From Mobula hypostoma (taxonomy: Eukaryota), in contig NC_086108.1 of NCBI RefSeq assembly GCF_963921235.1, forward strand, positions 98,396,001 to 98,460,000: 64,000 bases of DNA, in the 5' to 3' direction. Numbering within the stretch: position 1 is the first letter of the stretch; the number at the start of each line of letters is the position of its first letter. The position numbers and the translations under genes are program-made. Below, piece by piece: positions 25,118-38,015 of the stretch. Under the pieces are notes generated by a model. That model worked only from the letters and a program-made list of their open reading frames with translations. It was not told where the DNA came from and made no database searches.

Positions 25118-25600
25118 GCAAGATACAGATTACAGAGAGAGATGAGAGAGATAAATGACAGAGATAGATGAGAGAGATAGAGATAGAGAGACAGAAAAAC
25201 AGACGGATTAGAGAGAGATAGAGACAGATTAGAGAGAGATAGATTAAAGAGAGAGAGATTATAGAGAGACAGATTATAGAAGACAGATTAGAGAGATAGA
25301 CAGATTAGAGAGAGAGATGAGAGAGATAATGAGAGAGATAGGCAGATTAGAGAGAGAGAAAGATTGGAAGAGATGAGAGAGATTAGAAAGAGAAAGACAG
25401 ATTAGAGAAAACAGATTAGAGAGAGATATGGAGAGAGAGATTAGAGAAAGATAGATTAGAGAGATAGACAGATTAGAGAGAGATACAGATTAGAGAGAGA
25501 GGTTAGAGATAGACAGATTAGAGACAGACAGATTAGAGAGAGATACAGAGAGAGAGAGATGGAGACAGATTAGAAAAAGGGAGATTAGAGAGAGAGACAT
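25118..25600 (+). repeat. Degenerate GA-rich minisatellite, unit about GACAGATTA(GA)n
   Basis: Directly visible tandem units. Confidence 0.9.
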
Positions 25601-25859
25601 AAATAAATGAATAATAAAAGCACAATGGTACAGGAGATTGGCAAATCATTGTAAACTACTCTGTAGATCTAATAATTACTTCTGTTATCACCATTATACA
25701 CTTTTGTGTTCTGTATTCTGTATTTGCCCACCATGAGAAACGTCCTCCCAGCATCAATTTGTCAAGTCTTCTCAGAGTTCTGTATCCAACCTACTCAGTT
25801 ATTTCTCCTGAGTTAATCAATGAATTTGAAGATGAATATACTTGCAAGCCTCCCATGTT

Positions 25860-26720
25860 TCAAAGAACATAGGCAAAGGCCCTTTGGTCCACAATGTTGT
25901 GCTGAACCAATTAAATTAGTAATAAAGTAGCCAACCAAACTAATCTCTTCTGCCTACACAATGTCCGTATCTTTCCATTTTCCTCACATTCATGTACCTA
26001 TCTAAACGTTTGTTAGCAGTCTCTAATGTTTCTGCCTCTATCACCACCCCACCAGGGAGCACATTCCAGGCGCCCACCACTCTCTGTGTAAAAAGAAACT
26101 TGCCCCTCACATTTCCTTTAAAACTACCCCCCTCATCTTAAATGCATGCCCTCTGGTACTAGACATTTCAACTCTGGGAAAAAGATACTGCGTGTCTACT
26201 CTAGCAAGCCTCTCGTAATCTTATAAACCTCAATCATATCTCCCCCCAGCCTCTGTAACCAGAGAAAACAACTCAAGTTTGTCCAACCTCTCGTTATTGT
26301 ACATGCTCTCCAATCTAGGCAGAATCCTGGTAAGTCTCTTCTGCATCCTCCCCAAAGCCTCAACACCCTTTCTATTATGGGGCAACCAGAATTGCATGCG
26401 ATACTCTAGATGCGACCTAACTAGAGTTTTATAAAGCTGAAGCATAACTTCCTGACTTTTGAACTTAATAACTTGACCAATGAAGGCAAGCATGCTGTAT
26501 GCCTTCTTAACCACCCTATCAACCTGTGTAGGCACTTCCAGGGAGCCAGGAACTTGAACCTCAAGATCCTTCTGCTCGTTAACACTGTTAAGGATCTTGC
26601 CCTTAACAGTATACTGTCTCTTCACATTTGGCCAAGTTAATCTCCATCTGCCATTTCTCCACCCCTATCTGCAACTGATCTATATGCCCCTGTATTCCTT
26701 GCCAGTCTTCTACACTATCC
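25860..26720 (-). mobile_element. CR1 3' fragment
   Basis: QVDRVVKKAY.MLAFI...LYKTLVRSHLEY. Confidence 0.85.
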
Positions 26721-26721
26721 C

Positions 26722-27572
26722 TCACATCAGACTGCACTACCCTTATCTCACACACTTACCGGAGCGAAAGGCCAGGGCAGTTCTATTTCGAGAGGTCACA
26801 TTCTGCTAATCACCATCAGCATGTGCAGGATTGGGACAGATCTAACTGCCATCCATCAATAAGAGGCCATTAAATCTTATTGTAATGACGTACTTCGAGA
26901 CACCCGTAAAACCCTTTGGTGCAGTCAAAGGACAGCGGTGACTATATCACGTCCATTTAGGAGAGCGCCACCCACATCATCAACAATAATCAGCATCCTT
27001 TGGTGTTACTGCTTCATATCTTCTATCCAGCATTAGCGTAAAAAAAATGGTCAGCCTAATTCTGCCCCGTGGAAAAGGAAGAGGGACATTATGGTCAAGA
27101 GATGACGCCAAATGTCGTCAGGAAGCGACAAGGAGAGGAGGAGAACAAGAATCGGATGAGGCCAGGGCCGCACGACTCCAGGATCAAACAGTCAGGAGAA
27201 AAAAAGATGAGAGAAGAAGAGACAGAGGAGGAGAGGCATGCACGTCTCCAGGATCAGAGACAAACAACAAACAGCAGAAGAGCTGAAGAGATGGGGGATG
27301 AAAGGGCTGCACATCTCCAGAATGACAACGAGAAGCACAAGGGTGGCAGATAAACCAGAAATGATGCCATCAAAAGTGTCCCTCGTTAAATGAGGAGCAG
27401 CTATATTTGCTTTGCTACATGTCGTTCTTCTTTCATAAACTAAGGTTTTCTACTTTAGTTTCCAAAGCAAAGCGATACCAATAGCATTCAGGAAAATTTA
27501 ATGTCCATTCTGGTCACATCAGACTGCACTACCCATCTCTCAAAGGGCACCCCAACGAATCACCCTGTTAGT
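26722..27572 (+). mobile_element. Probable non-autonomous Helitron-like element with STPR-like repeats
   Basis: ESDEARAARLQDQ / ETEEERHARLQDQ / DERAAHLQN repeats; degenerate GC hairpin plus TTAG near 27545-27572; 21-bp direct repeat at 26722 and 27514. Confidence 0.55.
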
Positions 27573-27929
27573 AAGTTTCTATAAACTTACTAACCCGCCT
27601 AGCTACATTTCCATCCAAGTCACCTTCTACAGCTGCAAGAGTTCCATAGCTTTTTAACTTCATTCCCTTTGCACAAAGAGAAATATTTCCATGGTGCACA
27701 GGAAACTGAGGGGAGATTTATAAAAGTAAATAAAATCATGTAAGGCGTTGATAAGATTGATGGTCACAGTCTTTATCCCAGGGTAGGGGAGTGTAAAACT
27801 GGAGGACACACTGTAGATTTAAACTGAGAGAGGAAAGGTTTAAAAGGGCACTGAGAGGCACCTTCTCCCACACAGAGAGCGAAGGGTATATGGAACAAGC
27901 CGTAGAGGCAGATACAACTAGAGGGGTTC

Positions 27930-30130
27930 AGAGGTGGAGAGGGGCACTAACTTCAAATTTCTAGATGTTACCATGTCAGAGGATCTGTCCTGGGAGCAGT
28001 GCTTAAGTGCTATCACAAAGGAGGCATGGCAGCATCTCTACTTTCTTAGAAGTTTGAACACATTCATCATGCCATCTAAAACTTCGACAAATTTCTATGT
28101 ACAGGTTTCCACCGCCATCCAAAGGTAGAGCGTTACTATGAAACGGTTCGTAAGCCGAAATGTCGTAAAGCGAAGAAGCAATTACCATTAATTTATATGG
28201 GAAAAAATTGTGAGCGTTCGCAGACCCAAAAATAACCTACCTAATCATGCCAAATAACACATAAAACCTAAAATAACAGTAACGTATAGTAAAAGCAGGA
28301 ATGATATGATAAATACAGAGCCTATATAAAGTAGAAGTACTTTTCCACAATCATTACTGAACTGTTCTCCGGAGTGAAAATCTCACGCAAGCGCCGTCGG
28401 CAGAAAATCTCACGCAAGCGCCGTCGGCAGAAAATCTCACGCAAGCACTGTTGGCAAGAACACTCTCTCCGGTAACCTTTAAGCTATGAAGCTGCCAAAT
28501 CATACCAAATAACACGTAAAAATACACAGCTGATATAAAGTAGAAATAATGTACGTACAGTGTAGTATCACTTACGGGAATCCGGAAGATAGCTTGCCGA
28601 GCACACTGATGATGGTGTGTTAGACTGATTCGTCGGAGTTTGGGTGGTGCAGTGGCCCCCACCCTCCAGGCCGCCGAGCGATACATTGTCTCGCGAAGCA
28701 TGAAGGAATGCAGCGGTGGCCGGGAGGTACACAGCACATCTTTAAGAAAAAAGCCGAAATAAACAAGCTAATTAATTAGGTGCCACCTGACCCATAATTG
28801 TCGGCCCAGATCAGTGCCGATTTCCGATGGCGTCGTCTCTGATCTGGGCTGACAATTACGTGTCGGCGGCACCTAATTAATTAGCATGTTTATTTCCGCT
28901 TTTTTCTTAAAGATGTGCTGTGTGCCTCCCAGCTACCATTGCATTCTCCGCGAATTGGTATCTGTCCGTGGCCTGGGGGTTGGGGTGGTGGGACACTGGG
29001 CTGTCATCTCGTCGCCTGTTTCCATTAGAGCAGGCAGCTCATCTTCTCCTATGACTGCTCGCCTCGATGTCGAAGGTCGAGGTTCGTCGTCTGCTGTGGC
29101 TGATGTGGAAGGTTTGCTTGACTGCTGAGCCTTGCTCATTTTTCTATCAAACAGTTCTTTAATAAGGAGTTAAACCATCCTGCAAATATCTCCTAAACCG
29201 ACGTACCCTTTCAAAATTAAAGTCGTACTTTATCATTACTCATTCGGTTTCGAATGTTATCCTTTTTTCTTCCAATTGCATCAGCTCTTCATCTGTCAGT
29301 TCTTGGTGATGGGATGCCAAAACCTCTTCAACATCATGCTCGTCAACTTCCACAAGCCAAACTCACGTTGTCCTTACTTCATTCACCATGATCAAAACGC
29401 TTAATTATGTCTAGTTTTACCGTAAGTGTAACACCCTTACGAGCTCTTTCAGGCTTTTCCAATACCATAGAACTCATCTTGCAAACGGCTGCTCACAGGC
29501 ACGTGTTAAAGCAAAGAAGTTCCGAATCCGGGGGAGAGCGGCTGCTCGGCGCGCGCGCTGTCTTTTATCACGCGCTGATTTTTTTTTCGTAACAGTGAAA
29601 ACACCTTCTGAAAGTCAAAATAGGGTACTAATGTAGGTCTTTCGTAACAGTGAGGTTTCGTAAAGCGAACGTTCGAAAAGCAGGGGACACCTGTATAAGT
29701 ATGCTGGAGAGTATCCTGTCTGGTTGCATCATGGCCCGGTATGGTAATACCAGTGCCCAAGTACGGAAAAGCCTACAGATGATAGTGGACACAGTCCAAT
29801 CCATTACAGGCAAAGCACTCCCCACCACTGAGTACATCTGAGCAACAGGAAAGCAGCATCCATCATCAAAGACCCCCACCATCCAGATCACACTCGCACA
29901 TCGTTACATCGATCCGGAAGGAGGTACAGGAGCTTCAGGCCCTACCCCACCAGATTCAGGAACAGCTGCTACCTTTCAACCATCAAGCTCCTGAACCAGT
30001 TTGGATAACTTCACTCACCTCAACAACGATCTGATTTCACAAACTACAGACTCACTTTCAAGGATTCCACAACTTGTTCTCAGTATTATTTATTTACTTT
30101 CATATTATTTTATAATTTTATACTGCATAA
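27930..30130 (+). mobile_element. Rex1/Babar-type fragment split by a pogo/Tigger insertion
   Basis: VERGTNFKFLDV... at 27934 resumes as LESILSGCIMARYG at about 29700. Confidence 0.8.
28102..29693 (-). mobile_element. pogo/Tigger DNA transposon, internally deleted
   Basis: TA flanks and imperfect TIRs CAGGT(T/G)TCC. Minus-strand MSSMVLEKPERARKGVTLTVKLDIIKRFDHGE (CENP-B-type HTH, from 29477) is joined to C-terminal DVEEVLASHHQELTDEELMQLEE; no DDE core. Confidence 0.85.
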
Positions 30131-30634
30131 CATACTGTTTCTGTTTAAGATTGTCTGCGGGCCAAAAAATCACAAGAGGTAAGATGGTGCATAGCTGAAT
30201 GGATTAGACTGAGGGTAGAGGCTTACGAGGGGATAAAAAGGGGCTACTTCTCTGTACAAGCTGGAACTTTGACTAGTCAGGGCATCAAGAGTTACAGGGA
30301 GAGGCCAGAAGAGTGGGTTTGAGAGGGATAATAAATCAGCCATGATTGAATAGTAGAGCACACTTGATGGGCTGAATGGCCTAAATTGGGCAAAGTCACA
30401 TCTGGCATTTTAAAGGCAACTATTATAGTACAGTTAGCAAAGTGGGAGTCTCTCATGAGACTGTCATCTAGCAATGTGATCTGCGTAAAGTGGTGCCGGA
30501 TACCAGGAGAACACTCAGAGGTCTTGGGCATTATAGTGGAGTTATTAACACAAGGTACTTCCAAGCACGCAACCTCAGAATACAGCAGTTCTGTTTGGTC
30601 AGTGAGGAAACTGGATGATAGTTGAAGGATAACA

Positions 30635-31277
30635 TAGAAACATAGAAACATAGAAAATAGGTGCAGGAGTAGGCCATTCGGCCCTTCGAGCCTGCACCGC
30701 CATTTATTATGATCATGGCTGATCATCCAACTCAGAACCCCGCCCCAGCCTTCCCTCCATACCCCCTGACCCCCGTAGCCACAAAGGCCATATCTAACTC
30801 CCTCTTAAATATAGCCAATGAATTGGCCTCAACTGTTTCCTGTGGCAGAGAATTCCACAGATTCACCACTCTCTATGTGAAGAAGTTTTTCCTAATCTCG
30901 GTCCTAAAAGGCTTCCCCTCTATCCTCAAACTGTGGCCCCTTGTTCTGGACTTCCCCAACATCGGGAACAATCTTCCTGCATCTAGCCTGTCCAATCCCT
31001 TTAGGATTTTATACGTTTCAATCAGATCCCCTCTCAATCTTCTAAATTCCAACGAGTACAAGCCCAGTTCATCCAGTCTTTCTTCATATGAAAGTCCTGC
31101 CATCCCAGGAATCAATCTGGTGAACCTTCTTTGTACTCCCTCTATGGCAAGGATGTCTTTCCTCAGATTAGGGGACCAAAACTGCACACAATACTCCAGG
31201 TGTGGTCTCACCAAGGCCTTGTACAACTGCAGTAGTACCTCCCTGCTCCTGTACTCGAATCCTCTCGCTATAAATGC
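30635..31277 (-). mobile_element. Young CR1 3' fragment, same subfamily as 56797-59505
   Basis: (CATAGAAA)n tail; near-identical to 58870-59505; AACA on both flanks. Confidence 0.92.
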
Positions 31278-31354
31278 AACAGATGATTATCACCAGCTAA
31301 ATAAACATGCATCTCCATTAACTATTGCTTTCCAGAACATAGGACTTCATAGTG

Positions 31355-32028
31355 GAGAGAGAGTCACCGAGGGTCAGTAACATTGAATTCCTTGGTGTTA
31401 TCATTTCAAAGGATCTATTCTAAGACCAGCATTTAAGAGCTATTAAAAAGAAATTTGCACAGATTTTGCTTGCCATCTCAAACCTTGACAAGCCTCTATG
31501 GATGCACAGTGGAGAGTATCATGACTGGTTGCATCACAGGCTGGTATGAAAACACCAATACCCTTGAATGGAAAACCCTTCAAAAAGTGGTGGCTACAGC
31601 CCGGTCCATCACAGGAAAAACTCTTCATGCCATTGCATACATCTACAAGGAGGGCTGCCACAAGAAAGCAGCGTCCATCAAGGACCCCGACCACCCAAGC
31701 CATGCTCTTTTCTCACTGCTGACATTGGGGAGGAAGTACAGGAGCCTCAGGATCCACACCACCAGATTCAGGAACAGCTCGGGGACCTTCAACTAACAGG
31801 GTCCTGAACCAGCACGGATAACTTCACTCACCACGGCTCTGAATGGAAGTGCACAGTTTGACTACTTTTGGACATTGGTTGTTTGTCCATCTTTGTTAGG
31901 TGAGCAGTTTTTCATTGATTCTATTGTGTTTCTTTGTATCTACTGTGAATGCCTGCAAGAGAATGAATCTCAGGGTAGTATAGGGTGACATATATGTATA
32001 TTGATAATAAATTTACTTTGAACTTTGA
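31355..32028 (+). mobile_element. Rex1/Babar-type 3' fragment
   Basis: ESIMTGCITGWY...GRKYRSLRIHTTRFRNS and a tttgaactttga tail. Confidence 0.85.
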
Positions 32029-32116
32029 CGAGGAGACAAGAAATGGCACGCCCTAACAGATCTGGCTAATCTATTCTTTTCCAATGCTCTGTCGCCAGAG
32101 TCAGAAGATCAATTTA

Positions 32117-32431
32117 TAGACAACAGACAATAGGTGCAGGAGTAGGCCATTCGGCCCTTCGAGCCAGCACCGCCAGTCACTGTGATCATGGCTGATCATC
32201 CACTATCAGTATCCAGTTCCTGCCTTATCCCCATAACCTTTGATTCCGCTATCTTTAAGAGCTCTATCCATCTCTTTCTTGAAAGCATCCAGAGACTTGG
32301 CCTCCACAGCCTTCTGGGGCAGAGCATTCCATATATCCACCGCTCTCTGGGTGAAAAAGTTTTTCCTCAACTCCGTTCTAAATGGCCGACCCCTTATTCT
32401 TAAACTGTGGCCTCTGGTTCTGGACTCAGCC
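32117..32431 (-). mobile_element. CR1 3' fragment
   Basis: ESRTRGHSLRIRGRPFRTELRKNFFTQR and tail. Confidence 0.9.
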
Positions 32432-32659
32432 ACTCACCTTCTCAAGGGTAGGCAGACAGTACACCTTCACCAGATTGCCTTGGGGTACATTCAGAGCCCT
32501 ACCTTGTGTAACAGGCTGATATTAAAGCCTCCTTAAGTAAATGCATTTCTACTTGATATACAGATGACATTTTACTAAGCGGACCCACTAGAGACGGGTA
32601 TCTGAAGCCCTGGACATGCTGGTAAGCCACTTGAAGGATAAAGGATTGTTGGTAGCAAG

Positions 32660-33310
32660 GAAGACCAATGCAATGCTAGCATTCATTTTGAGAGGACTGG
32701 AAAATAAAAGCAAGGATGTAATGCTCAGACTATATGAAGGAATTGGTCAGACTGTACTTGGAGAATTCTGAACTGTTTTGGCCCCCCTTATCTGAGAAAG
32801 AATGTGCTGGTATTTGAAAGGGTCCTGATGAGGTTCGCGAGAATGATCCCAAGAACTAAAGAGGAGCACTTGATAACTCCAAGCCTGTACCGGCTGCAGT
32901 TCAGAAAAATGGGGGGGGGAGTGTATTTTTGAAACCTGTTGCATATTGAAATGGCTAGATAGAATGGACATGGAGAGGATGTTTCCTATAGTGGGGGAGT
33001 CTAGGACCAGAGAGCACAGACTCAGAATACAAACACTTCCCTTTAGAACAGAGATGAGAGGGAATTTCTTTAGCCAGAAGGTGGTGAATCTGTGGAATTT
33101 ATTGCCACGGACAGCTGTGGAGGCCAAGTATATTGAGTATATTTAAAGTGGAGGTTGATAAGGTTGTTGATTAGTCAGAGCATCAAAGGTTGTGGGGAGA
33201 AGGCAGGAAAATGGGGTTGACAGAGATAATTAATCAGCCATGGTGCAATGGCAGAGAACACTTGATGGACCAAATGGCCTAATTCTTCTCCTATGCTTGA
33301 TGGTCTATGA
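32660..33310 (+). mobile_element. CR1 3' fragment, degraded
   Basis: RT C-terminal and 3' UTR similarity to other CR1 copies in the window. Confidence 0.8.
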
Positions 33311-33649
33311 GGGGTAGTTAATGTACAAAATGTACAGGGGCTGAGTCAGACAGTTTGGCTTTTGTGTATCTGGTTTCATACTTTATCTTGAATCACTTGA
33401 TGTCTTGAAACCCAATGGATACTTTCAGCTCTGGAAGAATGGTCCCATTACTTTGCCTCGTACTTTTATTTTACATATTTTTTTAAGTCCCCTGTTCCCC
33501 ATTGCACCCAGACTTTCTGTTCAATTAAGATGCTTTTGGACTCTTCATACGAAGGCAGATTCAAGATTGTTATCTGGCAATTATGAAGTAGGTGAATTGT
33601 GTTGTGTGTACGCTGTTGGCCCCCAAGAAATTTGCCCAATGACATGAAA

Positions 33650-34100
33650 AGCAGAAATGCTAGAAACACTCAACAGGTCAGGCAGCGTCCACAGAAAGAG
33701 AAACCATTAACACTTCAGGTCAGGGACACAAGAGGTACTGCAGGTGCTGGAAATGTAGAGCAAATCACATAATGTGTGGAGGAAGTCAGCAGGTCAGGCA
33801 GCATCTATGGATGGTAATAAACAGTCGACATTTCAAGCTGAGACCCTTCATCAGGGTTTCTACATCAGAACTGGGAAAGAGATACAAATGAAACAAACAC
33901 AAACACAAGAGATGCTGCAGATGCTGGAAATCCAGATCAGCACACACAAAATACCAGAGGAACTCAGCAAGTCAGGCAGCATCTGTAGAGAGGAATAAGA
34001 AGTCAACAGTTCAGGCTGCATTCCGATGAAGAGTTCTAGCCTGAAACACTGACTATAGCTGCTGCCTGACCTGCTGAATTTCTCCAACATTTTATGTGTG
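33650..34100. mobile_element. Cluster of short PLE-end elements, including a foldback at 33902-34100
   Basis: Repeated ...gatgctggaaatcc...cagcaggtcaggcagcatct... tails. AACAAACACA occurs at 33892-33901 and 34101-34110. Confidence 0.75.
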
Positions 34101-34202
34101 AACAAACACAGACATTTCAATCAGACCTGACATTCTCAAGGGCCAACCTATCATTGGTGGCATTACTTATCCTGCAAGGTGGAGTGAACCTTACCTCCAA
34201 TT

Positions 34203-35662
34203 CACTGTTCCCTCTAGGCTGCACAGATGCATAGGCCACACAGTAACTGCAATCCTTCCACACACATAGCCTTTGTTGCCATGTAGGAGAAATTTTCTTT
34301 TTAAATAACATTAATATAATTTGAATTTATGTTACTATAGATTTGAATTTGTTAATATAATGTTGAAATCTATGTTATAATTGTGATTAATGTGCTAATG
34401 AACATAATCCATAAATTTTCTAAATAATAAATGTACCAACCTTTACTTTGAAACATTTTAGAGTTTCGACATATTTACATTGTCAGTGTTTCAAATTACA
34501 ACACTGTTACACATTGTAACAATAAACACAGAATGGAAGTCAGTCGCTCACTGTTAATAAACCACTAGTCTGCTGGACACCAGCATTGTCTAGTCATTGT
34601 GCCTGTCAATTGCTTTGACTGTCTTACATCATTTACTTGTGTTGTGAGTTGTGGTTTGTGTTTGTTTGATGTGAAAAATGCTATATTCTGACTTCCATGG
34701 TAAGTATTCAAAAGTATGTGATGTTTCAATTTTCTTTTTAAATATTCATAGTATACATATTACAAAACATCTAAAGTGCCACAAACATGAGAAAATCTGC
34801 AGATATTGGAAATTTAAAGCAACACCCACACAAAACGCTAGAGGAACTCAGCAGGCCAGGCAGCATCAATGGCAATGAGTAAACAGACCAAATGGCCTAA
34901 TTCTTCTCCTATGCTTGATGGCCCAATGTTCCCTCTAATTTGTAATGACCAGTGTGTGCAAAAATCTTGAGCTGTGCAATTTTTTTGCCCAGTGACAACA
35001 ATTTGTGTGCACTGAATTTTATACATAGAGGTATTCATTTTAACAGCTATCAAAACACTGTCAATAAGAGCTTTGATCTCCTCTGAGTTTGACCGTTTTA
35101 ACCCTTGCAAGCCTGTAGCGGGTAATGAAGGATTTTCTCACCAGAGCTTTTGCACACTGTCCATATGTGATTTGCTTGCTAAGTGACGCTTTAAAAAGTC
35201 AAATATCCAAATATCACTTCACTTCTTCCCACTTGAAAATTCTCCAGCAACTTTTGCATCACAACAATACACTTGTAGCTGCACGTTCTTGACCTCATGA
35301 GCTTTCAATGTCGCAGTTTGCACTGTTTCATTGAGCGATTCTGCTTTAAAGGAACTAGCAGTTCCTTTGTGCTTCACACCCTTTGTTTCTTTGGAATTCG
35401 ACAGAGTGAATCAATAATTTCTTCAGCAAAAACAGTATAAATAAATGAGTTCTAAAATCTGCAGACAAGTCATCGTAAACTCCATGTTGTCAATACCGTC
35501 TGCATAAGAAACTGGAAAAGAAAATGTGATTGTGTACAATCCATTAACATGCCAACGAGGTAGAGGGTGACAGCCTTTTGAGTGCAATCTAAATTCCTTT
35601 GTGCGCTCGTAGCAAAAGCTATGTGCGTGCACACACACGCACACACCTTAGAGGAAATGTTG
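34203..35662. mobile_element. Probable hAT-like transposon remnants
   Basis: TIR-like CA(A/C)TGTTCCCTCTA at 34203 and 34924, inverted at 35648-35662. Minus-strand FDFLKRHLASKSH resembles a hAT N-terminal Zn-finger region. No TSD found. Confidence 0.45.
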
Positions 35663-35739
35663 AAGCTGCCCATTTCTGAAACAACCTCTGTTACAGAATG
35701 GCATTTCCCTTTCTGTGTATATGCCTTGGACAAGACTAA

Positions 35740-36500
35740 AGAGAAGAATGTGGACTTCAGAAAGGTGCAGTTTCACTATACATAAATGGCTCTTCCGAGG
35801 AGAGAATTAGGAGCACCAAGTTTCTGGGAATGCACGTAATGAACGATCTCACCTGGTCCCTCAACACCACCTCTTTAGTTAAGAAAGCACAGCACCTCCT
35901 GAAGAGATTGATGTGAACAAGGCTCTTCCAAGTCCCCCGCGCCACGCATTCTAACCAGATTTTACAGGAGGACCGTTGAGTGTCCTGACCAGCTGCATCA
36001 CTGTCTGGTACAGAAGTTGCAAGGCATCTGACTGCAACACCTACAAAGGATTGCCAGGACAACTGAGAGGATCATCGGGGGCTCTACTTCACCCATCTGA
36101 GACACCTAACAGGAGCGCAGCATCGCAGGGCCCTTAGCATTGTCAAAGATCCCTCCCATCCGTCCAACAATCTCTTTGACCTCCTACCATCAGGCAGGAG
36201 GGACCATAGCATTAGATCAACAACTGTTAGGATGGGAGACTGCTTTTTCTCCAACGCTGTGAGATTACTGAACTCCCTGCTACCACCCAGCTCTCATCGG
36301 GTATTAAACGGCACTGTTTACTTTTTAACTTGTGACATAAATGCACCTTATTATTTGTTAATTTCTTTGTGGTAACATTACTTTATATGTTGTGTGTGAG
36401 TTATGCGTAATGTGTTGTGCACCTTGGCCCAGAGGAACATTGTTTCCTTTGGCAGTATACGTGTATGTTTGAAATGACAATAACTTTGAGTTTGAACTTG
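35740..36500 (+). mobile_element. Rex1/Babar-type 3' fragment
   Basis: STKFLGMHV..LTWSLNT and LTSCITVWY remnants. Confidence 0.7.
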
Positions 36501-36714
36501 ATGACAGTGAGTGAAAGAGAGGGAGCAATGTCAGCAAACTTAAGAAAATTAAAAGAAAAAGGGGGCATCAATCAGAAACATCTCCTCTTTGACGTTCAGG
36601 GCTCCTTACATTTGTTTGAATTAATTTCCCCGCTGGGCAAACTAAAGGCCGACTGGATGATCACCTAAAGGACTTAGCAATTGTGCCTGCGGTTTTCCAC
36701 ACTGAAACTGTTTT

Positions 36715-36920
36715 TAAAGATTCCCTTTATTTGTCACACGTACATCGGTGAAATAGGTCGGTCGCATCAAATCAAATCAGTGAGGATTGTGCTAGGGCCA
36801 GCCCCCAAGTGTCGCCACACTTCTGGTGCCAACTTAGCATACCCACAGCACGCTAACCCTAACCGTACGTCTTTGCAAAGTGGAAGGAAAACAGAGCACC
36901 CGGAGGAAACCCACACGTTC
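36715..36920 (-). mobile_element. V-SINE (HE1-like) fragment
   Basis: Reverse complement contains the V-SINE core GTGGGTTTCCTCCGGGTGCTCTGTTTTCCTTCCAC. Confidence 0.7.
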
Positions 36921-37519
36921 GAGGGCCCGTTGGAAGGGGCTGTTAAAGAGATTGCTGGACGGATGGGAGGGATCACTGATAATGCTGAAGGCCCTGCGAA
37001 TGCAGCGCTCCTGACAAATACCTCTGATGGGTGGAAAGGAGATCCCGATGATCTCTCAGCAGTCCTCACAACTTTTGTAGGGTCTTGTGGTTAGATGCCT
37101 TGTAATTCCCATACCAGACAGTAAGCAGGACAGATTCCCCTCCATGGCACGGTAAGGGAAATAGGGCCAGCAAAACAACAGAAGGATATAATCAGCCATA
37201 ATGGAATGGGGGCACAGACTCAAATGGGGCAAATGGCTTAATTCTGCTCCAATGTCTTATGGACTCATAAAAGGGGAGGGCTTTGGGTATCTCTGCAGAT
37301 ATCAGTGTGAGGAATTTACTAAATCAAAATGGTTAATGCAGGAGGTGGAAATTTGCTCACAAGCCTCCCTCCAGCCACCTTTCACCGCTGATGTCGATGT
37401 CTTTAACACTATTCAGAAATGCTTCATAGCTGTTCGCTGGGAAACCATGTCCTTACAGATCCAAAATCATCCCACTTTTAGCTAAAAAAACAATGAAAAT
37501 CATCCTTCGTGGAAAGAAA

Positions 37520-38015
37520 TCACACTGCTGCCATTGGGAAGGATACAGAGGAGCTCTAGGTCCCACATCACCAGGTTTATGAACAGTTATTACCCTGCAG
37601 CCATCAGGTTCCTGAACCAGCGTGGGTAACCTCAACACTAAACTGATTCCATAACCTATGGACTCACCTTCAAGGACGTTACAATTTATGTTCTCAACAT
37701 GTAGCACCATGGTCCTGAAAAACGTTGTCTCGTTTTTACTGTGTACTGTACCATCAGTTATGGTCGAAATGACAATAAAAAGTGACTTGACTTGACTTGA
37801 CTTATTTCTTACTTATTTATAATTATTATTTTTTGATTTGCATAGCTTGTCTTTAGCACATTGGTTGTTTGTCTGTCTTTGTGAGTAGTTTTTCATTGAT
37901 TCTATTGTGTTTGTTTGTACCTATGGTGAATGCCCTCAAGAAAATGGATCTCAGGGTAGTATGTATATGGTGACATATGTGTACTTCAACAATAAGTTTA
38001 CTTTGAACTTTGAAC
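37520..38015 (+). mobile_element. Rex1/Babar-type 3' end with a nested short 3' end carrying a (GACTT)n tail
   Basis: Similar to 31735-32028; the insert spans about 37700-37803. Confidence 0.7.

Larger units (their letters stand above)
30386..32655 (+). pseudogene. Class III (ERV-L-like) endogenous retrovirus RT relic in four pieces (30386-30634, 31278-31350, 32030-32116, 32432-32655)
   Basis: Joined translation gives AKWESL...CRIPG...SSVWSVRKLDDS*RITDDYHQLNK...WHALTDLANLFFS...QF-TFSRVGRQYTFTRLP.GYIQSPTLC...YTDDILLSG, collinear with retroviral RT motifs. Confidence 0.75.

Noticed and set aside
25118..25600. CRISPR-like or coding repeat array
   Set aside because: Low-complexity GA minisatellite without unique spacers, in a eukaryotic context.
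30709..31380. 223-aa plus-strand ORF and similar ORFs (for example 4423-4959, 11079-11441, 58322-58726)
   Set aside because: Antisense shadows of CR1 coding sequence. Only the last residues of 30709-31380 come from the ERV relic.
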